Positions 13,900 to 27,800 of a stretch of DNA of 64,000 bases are shown one piece after another. The first letter of the stretch is position 1, and every line of letters begins with the position of its first letter. Source of the stretch: Eledone cirrhosa (lineage: Eukaryota); assembly GCA_964016885.1 (NCBI GenBank), contig OZ024744.1, positions 2,790,001-2,854,000 of the forward strand, written 5' to 3'. The notes under the pieces are model-generated. The model was not told where the DNA came from. It did no database searches and saw only the letters and a program-made list of their open reading frames with translations. Position numbers and translations under genes: made by a program.

Positions 13900-16800
13900 T
13901 TGGTGAAGAACGAAGTTTTGAGGGAAGACAAGGTAGAGAAAGATAGCTTGGTGAAGAACGACGTTTTGAGGGAAGACAAGGTAGAGAAAGATAGCTTGGT
14001 GAAGAACGACGTTTTGTGGGTAGACAAGGTAGAGAAAGATAGCTTGGTGAAGAACGAAGTTTTGGGGGAAGACAAGGTAGAGAAAGATAGCTTGGTGAAG
14101 AACGAAGTTTTGGGGAAGACAATGTAGAGAAAGATAGCTTGGTGAAGAACGAAGTTTTGGGGGAAGACAAGGTAGAGAAAGATAGCTTGGTGAAGAACGA
14201 AGTTTTGAGGGAAGACAAGGTAGAGAAAGATAGCTTGGTGAATAACGAAGTTTTGGGAGAAGACAAGGTAGAGAAAGATAGCTTGGTGAAGAACGACGTT
14301 TTGAGGGAAGACAAGGTAGAGAAAGATAGCTTGGTGAAGAACGAAGTTTTGTGGGAAGACAAGGTAGAGAAAGATAGCTTGGTGAAGAACGAAGTTTTGG
14401 GGGAAGACAAGGTAGAGAAAGATAGCTTGGTGAAGAACGAAGTTTTGGGGGAAGACAAGGTAGAGAAAGATAGCTTGGTGAAGAACGAAGTTTTGGGGAA
14501 TACAATGTAGAGAAAGATAGCTTGGTGAAGAACGAAGTTTTGGGGGAAGACAAGGTAGAGAAAGATAGCTTGGTGAATAACGAAGTTTTGGGAGAAGACA
14601 AGGTCGAGAAAGATAGCTTGGTGAAGAACAAAATTTTGAGGGAAGACAAGGTAGAGAAAGATAGCTTGGTGAAGAACGACGTTTTGGTGGAAGACAAGGT
14701 AGAGAAAGATAGCTTGGTGAAGAACGAAGTTTTGGGGGAAGACAAGGTAGAGAAAGATAGCTTGGTGAAGAACGAAGTTTGGAGGGAAGACAAGGTAGAG
14801 AAAGATAGCTTGGTGAATAACGAAATTTTGGGAGAAGACAAGGTCGAGAAAGATAGCTTGGTGAAGAACGAAATTTTGAGGGAAGACAAGGTAGAGAAAG
14901 ATAGCTTGGTGAAGAACGACGTTTTGGTGGAAGACAAGGTAGAGAAAGATAGCTTGGTGAAGAACGATGTTTTGGGGAAGACAATGTAGAGCAAGATAGC
15001 TTGGTGAAGAACGAAGTTTTGGGGGAAGACAAGGTAGAGAAAGATAGCTTGGTGAAGAACGACGTTTTGAGGGAAGACAAGGTAGAGAAAGATAGCTTGG
15101 TGAAGAACGACGTTTTGTGGGAAGACAAGGTAGAGAAAGATAGCTTGGTGAAGAACGAAGTTTTGGGGGAAGACAAGGTAGAGAAAGATAGCTTGGTGAA
15201 GAACGGAGTTTTGGGGGAAGACAAGGTAGAGAAAGATAGCTTGGTGAAGAACGAAGTTTTGGGGGAAGACAAGGTAGAGAAAGATAGCTTGGTGAAGAAC
15301 GAAGTTTTGTGGAAGACAATGTAGAGAAAGATAGCTTGGTGAAGAACGAAGTTTTGGGCAAGACAATGTAGAGAAAGATAGCTTGGTGAAGAACGAAGTT
15401 TTGGGGGAAGACAAGGTAGAGAAAGATAGCTTGGTGAAGAACGAAGTTTTGGGAGAAGACAAGGTAGAGAAAGATAGCTTGGTGAAGAACGAAGTTTTGA
15501 GGGAAGACAAGGTAGAGAAAGATAGCTTGGTGAAGAACAAAGTTTTGGGGGAAGACAATGTAGAGAAAGATAGCTTGGTGAAGAACGAAGATTTGGGGGA
15601 AGACAAGGTAGAGAAAGATAGCTTGGTGAAGAACGACGTTTTGTGGGAAGACAAGGTAGAGAAAGATAGCTTGGTGAAGAACGAAGTTTTGGGGGAAGAC
15701 AAGGTAGAGAAAGATAGCTTGGTGAAGAACGAAGTTTTGGGGGAAGACAAGGTAGAGAAAGATAGCTTGGTGAAGAACGAAGTTTTGGGGAAGACAATGT
15801 AGAGAAAGATAGCTTGGTGAAGAACGAAGATTTGGGGGAAGACAAGGTAGAGAAAGATAGCTTGGTGAAGAACGAAGTTTTGGGAGAAGACAAGGTAGAG
15901 AAAGATAGCTTGGTGAAGAACGAAGTTTTGAGGGAAGACAAGGTAGAGAAAGATAGCTTGGTGAAGAACGACGTTTTGAGGGAAGACAAGGTAGAGAAAG
16001 ATAGCTTGGTGAATAACGAAGTTTTGGGAGAAGACAAGGTAGAGAAAGATAGCTTGGTGAAGAACGACGTTTTGGTGGAAGACAAGGTAGAGAAAGATAG
16101 CTTGGTGAAGAACGATGTTTTGGGGAAGAAAATGTAGAGAAAGATAGCTTGGTGAAGAACGAAGTTTTGGGGGAAGACAAGGTAGAGAAAGATAGCTTGG
16201 TGAAGAACGACGTTTTGAGGGAAGACAAGGTAGAGAAAGATAGCTTGGTGAAGAACGAAGTTTTGTGGAAGACAATGTAGAGAAAGATAGCATGGTGAAG
16301 AACGATGTTTTGGGGAAGACAATGTAGAGAAATATAGCTTGGTGAAGAACGAAGTTTTGGGGGAAGACAAGGTAGAGAAAGATAGCTTGGTGAAGAACGA
16401 AGTTTTGAGGGAAGACAAGGTAGAGAAAGATAGCTTGGTGAATAACGAAGTTTTGGGAGAAGACAAGGTAGAGAAAGATAGCTTGGTGAAGAACGACGTT
16501 TTGAGGGAAGACAAGGTAGAGAAAGATAGCTTGGTGAAGAACGAAGTTTTGGGGGAAGACAAGGTAGAGAAAGATAGCTTGGTGAAGAACGAAGTTTTGG
16601 GGGAAGACAAGGTAGAGAAAGATAGCTTGGTGAAGAACGAAGTTTTGGGGGAAGACAAGGTAGAGAAAGATAGCTTGGTGAAGAACGAAGTTTTGGGGAA
16701 GACAATGTAGAGAAAGATAGCTTGGTGAAGAACGAAGATTTGGGGGAAGACAAGGTAGAGAAAGATAGCTTGGTGAAGAACGAAGTTTTGGGAGAAGACA

Positions 16801-19000
16801 AGGTAGAGAAAGATAGCTTGGTGAAGAACGAAGTTTTGAGGGAAGACAAGGTAGAGAAAGATAGCTTGGTGAAGAACGACGTTTTGAGGGAAGACAAGGT
16901 AGAGAAAGATAGCTTGGTGAATAACGAAGTTTTGGGAGAAGACAAGGTAGAGAAAGATAGCTTGGTGAAGAACGAAGTTTTGGGGGAAGACAAGGTAGAG
17001 AAAGATAGCTTGGTAAAGAACGAAGTTTTGGGGGAGGACAAGGTAGAGAAAGATAGCTTGGTGAATAACGAAATTTTGGGAGAAGACAAGGTCGAGAAAG
17101 ATAGCTTGGTGAAGAACGAAATTTTGAGGGAAGACAAGGTAGAGAAAGATAGCTTGGTGAAGAACGACGTTTTGGTGGAAGACAAGGTAGAGAAAGATAG
17201 CTTGGTGAAGAACGATGTTTTGGGGAAGACAATGTAGAGAAAGATAGCTTGGTGAAGAACGAAGTTTTGGGGGAAGACAAGGTAGAGAAAGATAGCTTGG
17301 TGAAGAACGAAGTTTTGAGGGAAGACAAGGTAGAGAAAGATAGCTTGGTGAATAACGAAGTTTTGGGGGAAGACAAGGTAGAGAAAGATAGTTGGTGAAG
17401 AACGAAGTTTTGAGGGAAGACAAGGTAGAGAAAGATAGCTTGGTGAAGAACGACGTTTTGAGGGAAGACAAGGTAGAGAAAGATAGCTTGGTGAAGAACG
17501 ACGTTTTGTGGGAAGACAAGGTAGAGAAAGATAGCTTGGTGAAGAACGAAGTTTTGGGGGAAGACAAGGTAGAGAAAGATAGCTTGGTGAAGAACGAAGT
17601 TTTGGGGAAGACAATGTAGAGAAAGATAGCTTGGTGAAGAACGAAGTTTTGGGGGAAGACAAGGTAGAGAAAGATAGCTTGGTGAAGAACGAAGTTTTGA
17701 GGGAAGACAAGGTAGAGAAAGATAGCTTGGTGAATAACGAAGTTTTGGGAGAAGACAAGGTAGAGAAAGATAGCTTGGTGAAGAACGACGTTTTGAGGGA
17801 AGACAAGGTAGAGAAAGATAGCTTGGTGAAGAACGAAGTTTTGTGGGAAGACAAGGTAGAGAAAGATAGCTTGGTGAAGAACGAAGTTTTGGGGGAAGAC
17901 AAGGTAGAGAAAGATAGCTTGGTGAAGAACGAAGTTTTGGGGGAAGACAAGGTAGAGAAAGATAGCTTGGTGAAGAACGAAGTTTTGGGGAATACAATGT
18001 AGAGAAAGATAGCTTGGTGAAGAACGAAGTTTTGGGGGAAGACAAGGTAGAGAAAGATAGCTTGGTGAATAACGAAGTTTTGGGAGAAGACAAGGTCGAG
18101 AAAGATAGCTTGGTGAAGAACAAAATTTTGAGGGAAGACAAGGTAGAGAAAGATAGCTTGGTGAAGAACGACGTTTTGGTGGAAGACAAGGTAGAGAAAG
18201 ATAGCTTGGTGAAGAACGAAGTTTTGGGGGAAGACAAGGTAGAGAAAGATAGCTTGGTGAAGAACGAAGTTTGGAGGGAAGACAAGGTAGAGAAAGATAG
18301 CTTGGTGAATAACGAAATTTTGGGAGAAGACAAGGTAGAGAAAGATAGCTTGGTGAAGAACGACGTTTTGGTGGAAGACAAGGTAGAGAAAGATAGCTTG
18401 GTGAAGAACGATGTTTTGGGGAAGACAATGTAGAGAAAGATAGCTTGGTGAAGAATGAAGTTTTGGGGGAAGACAAGGTAGAGAAAGATAGCTTGGTGAA
18501 GAACGAAGTTTTGAGGGAAGACAAGGTAGAGAAAGATAGCTTGGTGAAGAACGACGTTTTGTGGGAAGACAAGGTAGAGAAAGATAGCTTGGTGAAGAAC
18601 GAAGTTTTGGGGGAAGACAAGGTAGAGAAAGATAGCTTGGTGAAGAACGGAGTTTTGGGGGAAGACAAGGTAGAGAAAGATAGCTTGGTGAAGAACGAAG
18701 TTTTGGGGGAAGACAAGGTAGAGAAAGATAGCTTGGTGAAGAACGAAGTTTTGTGGAAGACAATGTAGAGAAAGATAGCTTGGTGAAGAACGAAGTTTTG
18801 GGCAAGACAATGTAGAGAAAGATAGCTTGGTGAAGAACGAAGTTTTGGGGGAAGACAAGGTAGAGAAAGATAGCTTGGTGAAGAACGAAGTTTTGGGAGA
18901 AGACAAGGTAGAGAAAGATAGCTTGGTGAAGAACGAAGTTTTGAGGGAAGACAAGGTAGAGAAAGATAGCTTGGTGAAGAACAAAGTTTTGGGGGAAGAC
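12321..19000 (+). repeat. Imperfect block duplication, offset about 3492 bp
   Basis: Module starts 12847/16339, 13230/16722, 13900/17392, 14139/17631 and 14522/18014 are 3492 apart; 15383/18827 are 3444 apart (one monomer fewer). Shared AAATATAGC (~12838/16330) and GTTTGGAGG variants. Boundaries are approximate. Confidence 0.85.
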
Positions 19001-21839
19001 AATGTAGAGAAAGATAGCTTGGTGAAGAACGAAGATTTGGGGGAAGATAAGGTAGAGAAAGATAGCTTGGTGAATAACGAAATTTTGGGAGAAGACAAGG
19101 TCGAGAAAGATAGCTTGGTGAAGAACGAAATTTTGAGGGAAGACAAGGTAGAGAAAGATAGCTTGGTGAAGAACGACGTTTTGGTGGAAGACAAGGTAGA
19201 GAAAGATAGCTTGGTGAAGAACGATGTTTTGGGGAAGACAATGTAGAGAAAGATAGCTTGGTGAAGAATGAAGTTTTGGGGGAAGACAAGGTAGAGAAAG
19301 ATAGCTTGGTGAAGAACGACGTTTTGGTGGAAGACAAGGTAGAGAAAGATAGCTTGGTGAAGAACGATGTTTTGGGGAAGACAATGTAGAGAAAGATAGC
19401 TTGGTGAAGAATGAAGTTTTGGGGGAAGACAAGGTAGAGAAAGATAGCTTGGTGAAGAACGAAGTTTTGAGGGAAGACAAGGTAGAGAAAGATAGCTTGG
19501 TGAATAACGAAGTTTTGGGAGAAGACAAGGTAGAGAAAGATAGTTGGTGAAGAACGAAGTTTTGAGGGAAGACAAGGTAGAGAAAGATAGCTTGGTGAAG
19601 AACGACGTTTTGAGGGAAGACAAGGTAGAGAAAGATAGCTTGGTGAAGAACGACGTTTTGTGGGAAGACAAGGTAGAGAAAGATAGCTTGGTGAAGAACG
19701 AAGTTTTGGGGGAAGACAAGGTAGAGAAAGATAGCTTGGTGAAGAACGAAGTTTTGGGGAAGACAATGTAGAGAAAGATAGCTTGGTGAAGAACGAAGTT
19801 TTGGGGGAAGACAAGGTAGAGAAAGATAGCTTGGTGAAGAACGAAGTTTTGAGGGAAGACAAGGTAGAGAAAGATAGCTTGGTGAATAACGAAGTTTTGG
19901 GAGAAGACAAGGTAGAGAAAGATAGCTTGGTGAAGAACGACGTTTTGAGGGAAGACAAGGTAGAGAAAGATAGCTTGGTGAAGAACGAAGTTTTGTGGGA
20001 AGACAAGGTAGAGAAAGATAGCTTGGTGAAGAACGAAGTTTTGGGGGAAGACAAGGTAGAGAAAGATAGCTTGGTGAAGAACGAAGTTTTGGGGGAAGAC
20101 AAGGTAGAGAAAGATAGCTTGGTGAAGAACGAAGTTTTGGGGAATACAATGTAGAGAAAGATAGCTTGGTGAAGAACGAAGTTTTGGGGGAAGACAAGGT
20201 AGAGAAAGATAGCTTGGTGAATAACGAAGTTTTGGGAGAAGACAAGGTCGAGAAAGATAGCTTGGTGAAGAACAAAATTTTGAGGGAAGACAAGGTAGAG
20301 AAAGATAGCTTGGTGAAGAACGACGTTTTGGTGGAAGACAAGGTAGAGAAAGATAGCTTGGTGAAGAACGAAGTTTTGGGGGAAGACAAGGTAGAGAAAG
20401 ATAGCTTGGTGAAGAACGAAGTTTGGAGGGAAGACAAGGTAGAGAAAGATAGCTTGGTGAATAACGAAATTTTGGGAGAAGACAAGGTCGAGAAAGATAG
20501 CTTGGTGAAGAACGAAATTTTGAGGGAAGACAAGGTAGAGAAAGATAGCTTGGTGAAGAACGACGTTTTGGTGGAAGACAAGGTAGAGAAAGATAGCTTG
20601 GTGAAGAACGATGTTTTGGGGAAGACAATGTAGAGAAAGATAGCTTGGTGAAGAACGACGTTTTGAGGGAAGACAAGGTAGAGAAAGATAGCTTGGTGAA
20701 GAACGACGTTTTGTGGGAAGACAAGGTAGAGAAAGATAGCTTGGTGAAGAACGAAGTTTTGGGGGAAGACAAGGTAGAGAAAGATAGCTTGGTGAAGAAC
20801 GGAGTTTTGGGGGAAGACAAGGTAGAGAAAGATAGCTTGGTGAAGAACGAAGTTTTGGGGGAAGACAAGGTAGAGAAAGATAGCTTGGTGAAGAACGAAG
20901 TTTTGTGGAAGACAATGTAGAGAAAGATAGCTTGGTGAAGAACGAAGTTTTGGGCAAGACAATGTAGAGAAAGATAGCTTGGTGAAGAACGAAGTTTTGG
21001 GGGAAGACAAGGTAGAGAAAGATAGCTTGGTGAAGAACGAAGTTTTGGGAGAAGACAAGGTAGAGAAAGATAGCTTGGTGAAGAACGAAGTTTTGAGGGA
21101 AGACAAGGTAGAGAAAGATAGCTTGGTGAAGAACAAAGTTTTGGGGGAAGACAATGTAGAGAAAGATAGCTTGGTGAAGAACGAAGATTTGGGGGAAGAT
21201 AAGGTAGAGAAAGATAGCTTGGTGAATAACGAAATTTTGGGAGAAGACAAGGTCGAGAAAGATAGCTTGGTGAAGAACGAAATTTTGAGGGAAGACAAGG
21301 TAGAGAAAGATAGCTTGGTGAAGAACGACGTTTTGGTGGAAGACAAGGTAGAGAAAGATAGCTTGGTGAAGAACGATGTTTTGGGGAAGACAATGTAGAG
21401 AAAGATAGCTTGGTGAAGAATGAAGTTTTGGGGGAAGACAAGGTAGAGAAAGATAGCTTGGTGAAGAACGACGTTTTGGTGGAAGACAAGGTAGAGAAAG
21501 ATAGCTTGGTGAAGAACGATGTTTTGGGGAAGACAATGTAGAGAAAGATAGCTTGGTGAAGAATGAAGTTTTGGGGGAAGACAAGGTAGAGAAAGATAGC
21601 TTGGTGAAGAACGAAGTTTTGAGGGAAGACAAGGTAGAGAAAGATAGCTTGGTGAATAACGAAGTTTTGGGAGAAGACAAGGTAGAGAAAGATAGTTGGT
21701 GAAGAACGAAGTTTTGAGGGAAGACAAGGTAGAGAAAGATAGCTTGGTGAAGAACGACGTTTTGAGGGAAGACAAGGTAGAGAAAGATAGCTTGGTGAAG
21801 AACGACGTTTTGTGGGAAGACAAGGTAGAGAAAGATAGC
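17392..21839 (+). repeat. Tandem block duplication, offset 2152 bp
   Basis: Module starts 17392/19544/21696, 17631/19783, 18014/20166 and 18827/20979 are 2152 apart. Rare GAAGATAAGG variant at ~19043 and ~21195. Confidence 0.85.
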
Positions 21840-24800
21840 TTGGTGAAGAACGACGTTTTGAGGGAAGACAAGGTAGAGAAAGATAGCTTGGTGAAGAACG
21901 ACGTTTTGTGGGAAGACAAGGTAGAGAAAGATAGCTTGGTGAAGAACGAAGTTTTGGGGGAAGACAAGGTAGAGAAAGATAGCTTGGTGAAGAACGAAGT
22001 TTTGGGGGAAGACAAGGTAGAGAAAGATAGCTTGGTGAAGAACGAAGTTTTGTGGGAAGACAAGGTAGAGAAAGATAGCTTGGTGAAGAACGAAGTTTTG
22101 GGGAAGACAATGTAGAGAAGGATAGCTTGGTGAAGAACGATGTTTTGGGGGAAGACAAGGTAGAGAAAGATAGCTTGGTGAATAACGAAATTTTGGGAGA
22201 AGACAAGGTCGAGAAAGATAGCTTGGTGAAGAACGAAATGTTGAGGGAAGACAAGGTAGAGAAAGGTAGCTTGGTGAAGAACGACGTTTTGGTGGAAGAC
22301 AAGGTAGAGAAAGATAGCTTGGTGAAGAACGATGTTTTGGGGAAGACAATGTAGAGAAAGATAGCTTGGTGAAGAACGAAGTTTTGGGGGAAGACAAGGT
22401 AGAGAAAGATAGCTTGGTGAAGAACGACGTTTTGAGGGAAGACAAGGTAGAGAAAGATAGCTTGGTGAAGAACGACGTTTTGGTGGAAGACAAGGTAGAG
22501 AAAGATAGCTTGGTGAAGAACGATGTTTTGGGGAAGACAATGTAGAGAAAGATAGCTTGGTGAAGAACGAAGTTTTGGGGGAAGACAATGTAGAGAAAGA
22601 TAGCTTGGTGAAGAACGAAGTTTTGAGGGAAGACAAGGTAGAGAAAGATAGCTTGGTGAATAACGAAGTTTTGGGAGAAGACAAGGTAGAGAAAGATAGC
22701 TTGGTGAAGAACGACGTTTTGAGGGAAGACAAGGTAGAGAAAGATAGCTTGGTGAAGAACGAAGTTTTGGGGGAAGACAAGGTAGAGAAAGATAGCTTGG
22801 TGAAGAACGAAGTTTTGGGGGAAGACAAGGTAGAGAAAGATAGCTTGGTGAAGAACGAAGTTTTGGGGGAAGACAAGGTAGAGAAAGATAGCTTGGTGAA
22901 GAACGAAGTTTTGGGGAAGACAATGTAGAGAAAGATAGCTTGGTGAAGAACGAAGATTTGGGGGAAGACAAGGTAGAGAAAGATAGCTTGGTGAAGAACG
23001 AAGTTTTGGGAGAAGACAAGGTAGAGAAAGATAGCTTGGTGAAGAACGAAGTTTTGAGGGAAGACAAGGTAGAGAAAGATAGCTTGGTGAAGAACGACGT
23101 TTTGAGGGAAGACAAGGTAGAGAAAGATAGCTTGGTGAATAACGAAGTTTTGGGAGAAGACAAGGTAGAGAAAGATAGCTTGGTGAAGAACGACGTTTTG
23201 GTGGAAGACAAGGTAGAGAAAGATAGCTTGGTGAAGAACGATGTTTTGGGGAAGAAAATGTAGAGAAAGATAGCTTGGTGAAGAACGAAGTTTTGGGGGA
23301 AGACAAGGTAGAGAAAGATAGCTTGGTGAAGAACGACGTTTTGAGGGAAGACAAGGTAGAGAAAGATAGCTTGGTGAAGAACGACGTTTTGGTGGAAGAC
23401 AAGGTAGAGAAAGATAGCTTGGTGAAGAACGATGTTTTGGGGAAGACAATGTAGAGAAAGATAGCTTGGTGAAGAACGAAGTTTTGGGGGAAGACAAGGT
23501 AGAGAAAGATAGCTTGGTGAAGAACGAAGTTTTGAGGGAAGACAAGGTAGAGAAAGATAGCTTGGTGAATAACGAAGTTTTGGGAGAAGACAAGGTAGAG
23601 AAAGATAGCTTGGTGAAGAACGACGTTTTGAGGGAAGACAAGGTAGAGAAAGATAGCTTGGTGAAGAACGAAGTTTTGGGGGAAGACAAGGTAGAGAAAG
23701 ATAGCTTGGTGAAGAACGAAGTTTTGGGGGAAGACAAGGTAGAGAAAGATAGCTTGGTGAAGAACGAAGTTTTGGGGGAAGACAATGTAGAGAAAGATAG
23801 CTTGGTGAAGAACGAAGTTTTGGGGAAGACAATGTTGAGAAAGATAGCTTGGTGAAGAACGAAGATTTGGGGGAAGACAAGGTAGAGAAAGATAGCTTGG
23901 TGAAGAACGAAGTTTTGGGAGAAGACAAGGTAGAGAAAGATAGCTTGGTGAAGAACGAAGTTTTGAGGGAAGACAAGGTAGAGAAAGATAGCTTGGTGAA
24001 GAACGACGTTTTGAGGGAAGACAAGGTAGAGAAAGATAGCTTGGTGAATAACGAAGTTTTGGGAGAAGACAAGGTAGAGAAAGATAGCTTGGTGAAGAAC
24101 GAAGTTTTGGGGGAAGACAAGGTAGAGAAAGATAGCTTGGTGAATAACGAAATTTTGGGAGAAGACAAGGTCGAGAAAGATAGCTTGGTGAAGAACGAAA
24201 TTTTGAGGGAAGACAAGGTAGAGAAAGATAGCTTGGTGAAGAACGACGTTTTGGTGGAAGACAAGGTAGAGAAAGATAGCTTGGTGAAGAACGATGTTTT
24301 GGGGAAGACAATGTAGAGAAAGATAGCTTGGTGAAGAACGAAGTTTTGGGGGAAGACAAGGTAGAGAAAGATAGCTTGGTGAAGAACGAAGTTTTGAGGG
24401 AAGACAAGGTAGAGAAAGATAGCTTGGTGAATAACGAAGTTTTGGGGGAAGACAAGGTAGAGAAAGATAGTTGGTGAAGAACGAAGTTTTGAGGGAAGAC
24501 AAGGTAGAGAAAGATAGCTTGGTGAAGAACGACGTTTTGAGGGAAGACAAGGTAGAGAAAGATAGCTTGGTGAAGAACGACGTTTTGTGGGAAGACAAGG
24601 TAGAGAAAGATAGCTTGGTGAAGAACGAAGTTTTGGGGGAAGACAAGGTAGAGAAAGATAGCTTGGTGAAGAACGAAGTTTTGGGGAAGACAATGTAGAG
24701 AAAGATAGCTTGGTGAAGAACGAAGTTTTGGGGGAAGACAAGGTAGAGAAAGATAGCTTGGTGAAGAACGAAGTTTTGAGGGAAGACAAGGTAGAGAAAG

Positions 24801-27800
24801 ATAGCTTGGTGAATAACGAAGTTTTGGGAGAAGACAAGGTAGAGACAGATAGCTTGGTGAAGAACGACGTTTTGAGGGAAGACAAGGTAGAGAAAGATAG
24901 CTTGGTGAAGAACGAAGTTTTGGGGGAAGACAAGGTAGAGAAAGATAGCTTGGTGAAGAACGAAGTTTTGGGGGAAGACAAGGTAGAGAAAGATAGCTTG
25001 GTGAAGAACGAAGTTTTGGGGGAAGACAAGGTAGAGAAAGATAGCTTGGTGAAGAACGAAGTTTTGGGGAATACAATGTAGAGAAAGATAGCTTGGTGAA
25101 GAACGAAGTTTTGGGGGAAGACAAGGTAGAGAAAGATAGCTTGGTGAATAACGAAGTTTTGGGAGAAGACAAGGTCGAGAAAGATAGCTTGGTGAAGAAC
25201 AAAATTTTGAGGGAAGACAAGGTAGAGAAAGATAGCTTGGTGAAGAACGACGTTTTGGTGGAAGACAAGGTAGAGAAAGATAGCTTGGTGAAGAACGATG
25301 TTTTGCGGAAGACAATGTAGAGAAAGATAGCTTGGTGAAGAACGAAGTTTTGGGGGAAGACAAGGTAGAGAAAGATAGCTTGGTGAAGAACGAAGTTTTG
25401 AGGGAAGACAAGGTAGAGAAAGATAGCTTGGTGAATAACGAAGTTTTGGGAGAAGACAAGGTAGAGAAAGATAGTTGGTGAAGAACGAAGTTTTGAGGGA
25501 AGACAAGGTAGAGAAAGATAGCTTGGTGAAGAACGACATTTTGAGGGAAGACAAAGTAGAGAAAGATAGCTTGGTGAAGAACGACGTTTTGTGGGAAGAC
25601 AAGGTAGAGAAAGATAGCTTGGTGAAGAACGAAGTTTTGGGGGAAGACAAGGTAGAGAAAGATAGCTTGGTGAAGAACGAAGTTTTGGGGAAGACAATGT
25701 AGAGAAAGATAGCTTGGTGAAGAACGAAGTTTTGGGGGAAGACAAGGTAGAGAAAGATAGCTTGGTGAAGAACGAAGTTTTGAGGGAAGACAAGGTAGAG
25801 AAAGATAGCTTGGTGAATAACGAAGTTTTGGGAGAAGACAAGGTAGAGAAAGATAGCTTGGTGAAGAACGACGTTTTGAGGGAAGACAACGTAGAGAAAG
25901 ATAGCTTGGTGAAGAACGAAGTTTTGGGGGAAGACAAGGTAGAGAAAGATAGATTGGTGAAGAACGAAGTTTTGGGGAAGACAAGGTAGAGAAAGATAGC
26001 TTGGTGAAGAACGAAGTTTTGGGGGAAGACAATGTAGAGAAAGATAGCTTGGTGAAGAACGAAGTTTTGGGGAATACAATGTAGAGAAAGATAGCTTGGT
26101 GAAGAACGAAGTTTTGGGGGAAGACAAGGTAGAGAAAGATAGCTTGGTGAATAACGAAGTTTTGGGAGAAGACAAGGTCGAGAAAGATAGCTTGGTGAAG
26201 AACGAAATTTTGAGGGAAGACAAGGTAGAGAAAGATAGCTTGGTGAAGAACGACGTTTTGGTGGAAGACAAGGTAGAGAAAGATAGCTTGGTGAAGAACG
26301 ATGTTTTGGGGAAGACAATGTAGAGAAAGATAGCTTGGTGAAGAACGAAGTTTTGGGGGAAGACAAGGTAGAGAAAGATAGCTTGGTGAAGAACGAAGTT
26401 TTGAGGGAAGACAAGGTAGAGAAAGATAGCTTGGTGAATAACGATGTTTTGGGGAAGACAATGTAGAGAAAGATAGCTTGGTGAAGAATGAAGTTTTGGG
26501 GGAAGACAAGGTAGAGAAAGATAGCTTGGTGAAGAACGAAGTTTTGAGGGAAGACAAGGTAGAGAAAGATAGCTTGGTGAATAACGAAGTTTTGGGAGAA
26601 GACAAGGTAGAGAAAGATAGTTGGTGAAGAACGAAGTTTTGAGGGAAGACAAGGTAGAGAAAGATAGCTTGGTGAAGAACGACGTTTTGAGGGAAGACAA
26701 GGTAGAGAAAGATAGCTTGGTGAAGAACGACGTTTTGTGGGAAGACAAGGTAGAGAAAGATAGCTTGGTGAAGAACGAAGTTTTGGGGGAAGACAAGGTA
26801 GAGAAAGATAGCTTGGTGAAGAACGAAGTTTTGGGGAAGACAATGTAGAGAAAGATAGCTTGGTGAAGAACGAAGTTTTGGGGGAAGACAAGGTAGAGAA
26901 AGATAGTTTGGTGAAGAACGACGTTTTGAGGGAAGACAAGGTAGAGAAAGATAGCTTGGTGAAGAACGACGTTTTGTGGGAAGACAAGGTAGAGAAAGAT
27001 AGCTTGGTGAAGAACGAAGTTTTGGGGGAAGACAAGGTAGAGAAAGATAGCTTGGTGAAGAACGAAGTTTTGGGGGAAGACAAGGTAGAGAAAGATAGCT
27101 TGGTGAAGAACGAAGTTTTGTGGGAAGACAAGGTAGAGAAAGATAGCTTGGTGAAGAACGAAGTTTTGGGGAAGACAATGTAGAGAAGGATAGCTTGGTG
27201 AAGAACGATGTTTTGGGGGAAGACAAGGTAGAGAAAGATAGCTTGGTGAATAACGAAATTTTGGGAGAAGACAAGGTCGAGAAAGATAGCTTGGTGAAGA
27301 ACGAAATGTTGAGGGAAGACAAGGTAGAGAAAGATAGCTTGGTGAAGAACGACGTTTTGGTGGAAGACAAGGTAGAGAAAGATAGCTTGGTGAAGAACGA
27401 TGTTTTGGGGAAGACAATGTAGAGAAAGATAGCTTGGTGAAGAACGAAGTTTTGGGGGAAGACAAGGTAGAGAAAGATAGCTTGGTGAAGAACGACGTTT
27501 TGAGGGAAGACAAGGTAGAGAAAGATAGCTTGGTGAAGAACGACGTTTTGGTGGAAGACAAGGTAGAGAAAGATAGCTTGGTGAAGAACGATGTTTTGGG
27601 GAAGACAATGTAGAGAAAGATAGCTTGGTGAAGAACGAAGTTTTGGGGGAAGACAATGTAGAGAAAGATAGCTTGGTGAAGAACGAAGTTTTGAGGGAAG
27701 ACAAGGTAGAGAAAGATAGCTTGGTGAATAACGAAGTTTTGGGAGAAGACAAGGTAGAGAAAGATAGCTTGGTGAAGAACGACGTTTTGAGGGAAGACAA

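Noticed and set aside
25970-25990. Isolated homopolymer length variants (G4 with AAG here; G6 at ~59674) as meaningful monomer classes
   Set aside because: They are singletons absent from paralogous copies (e.g. ~31040 has G5), so they may be sequencing error or one-off slippage.
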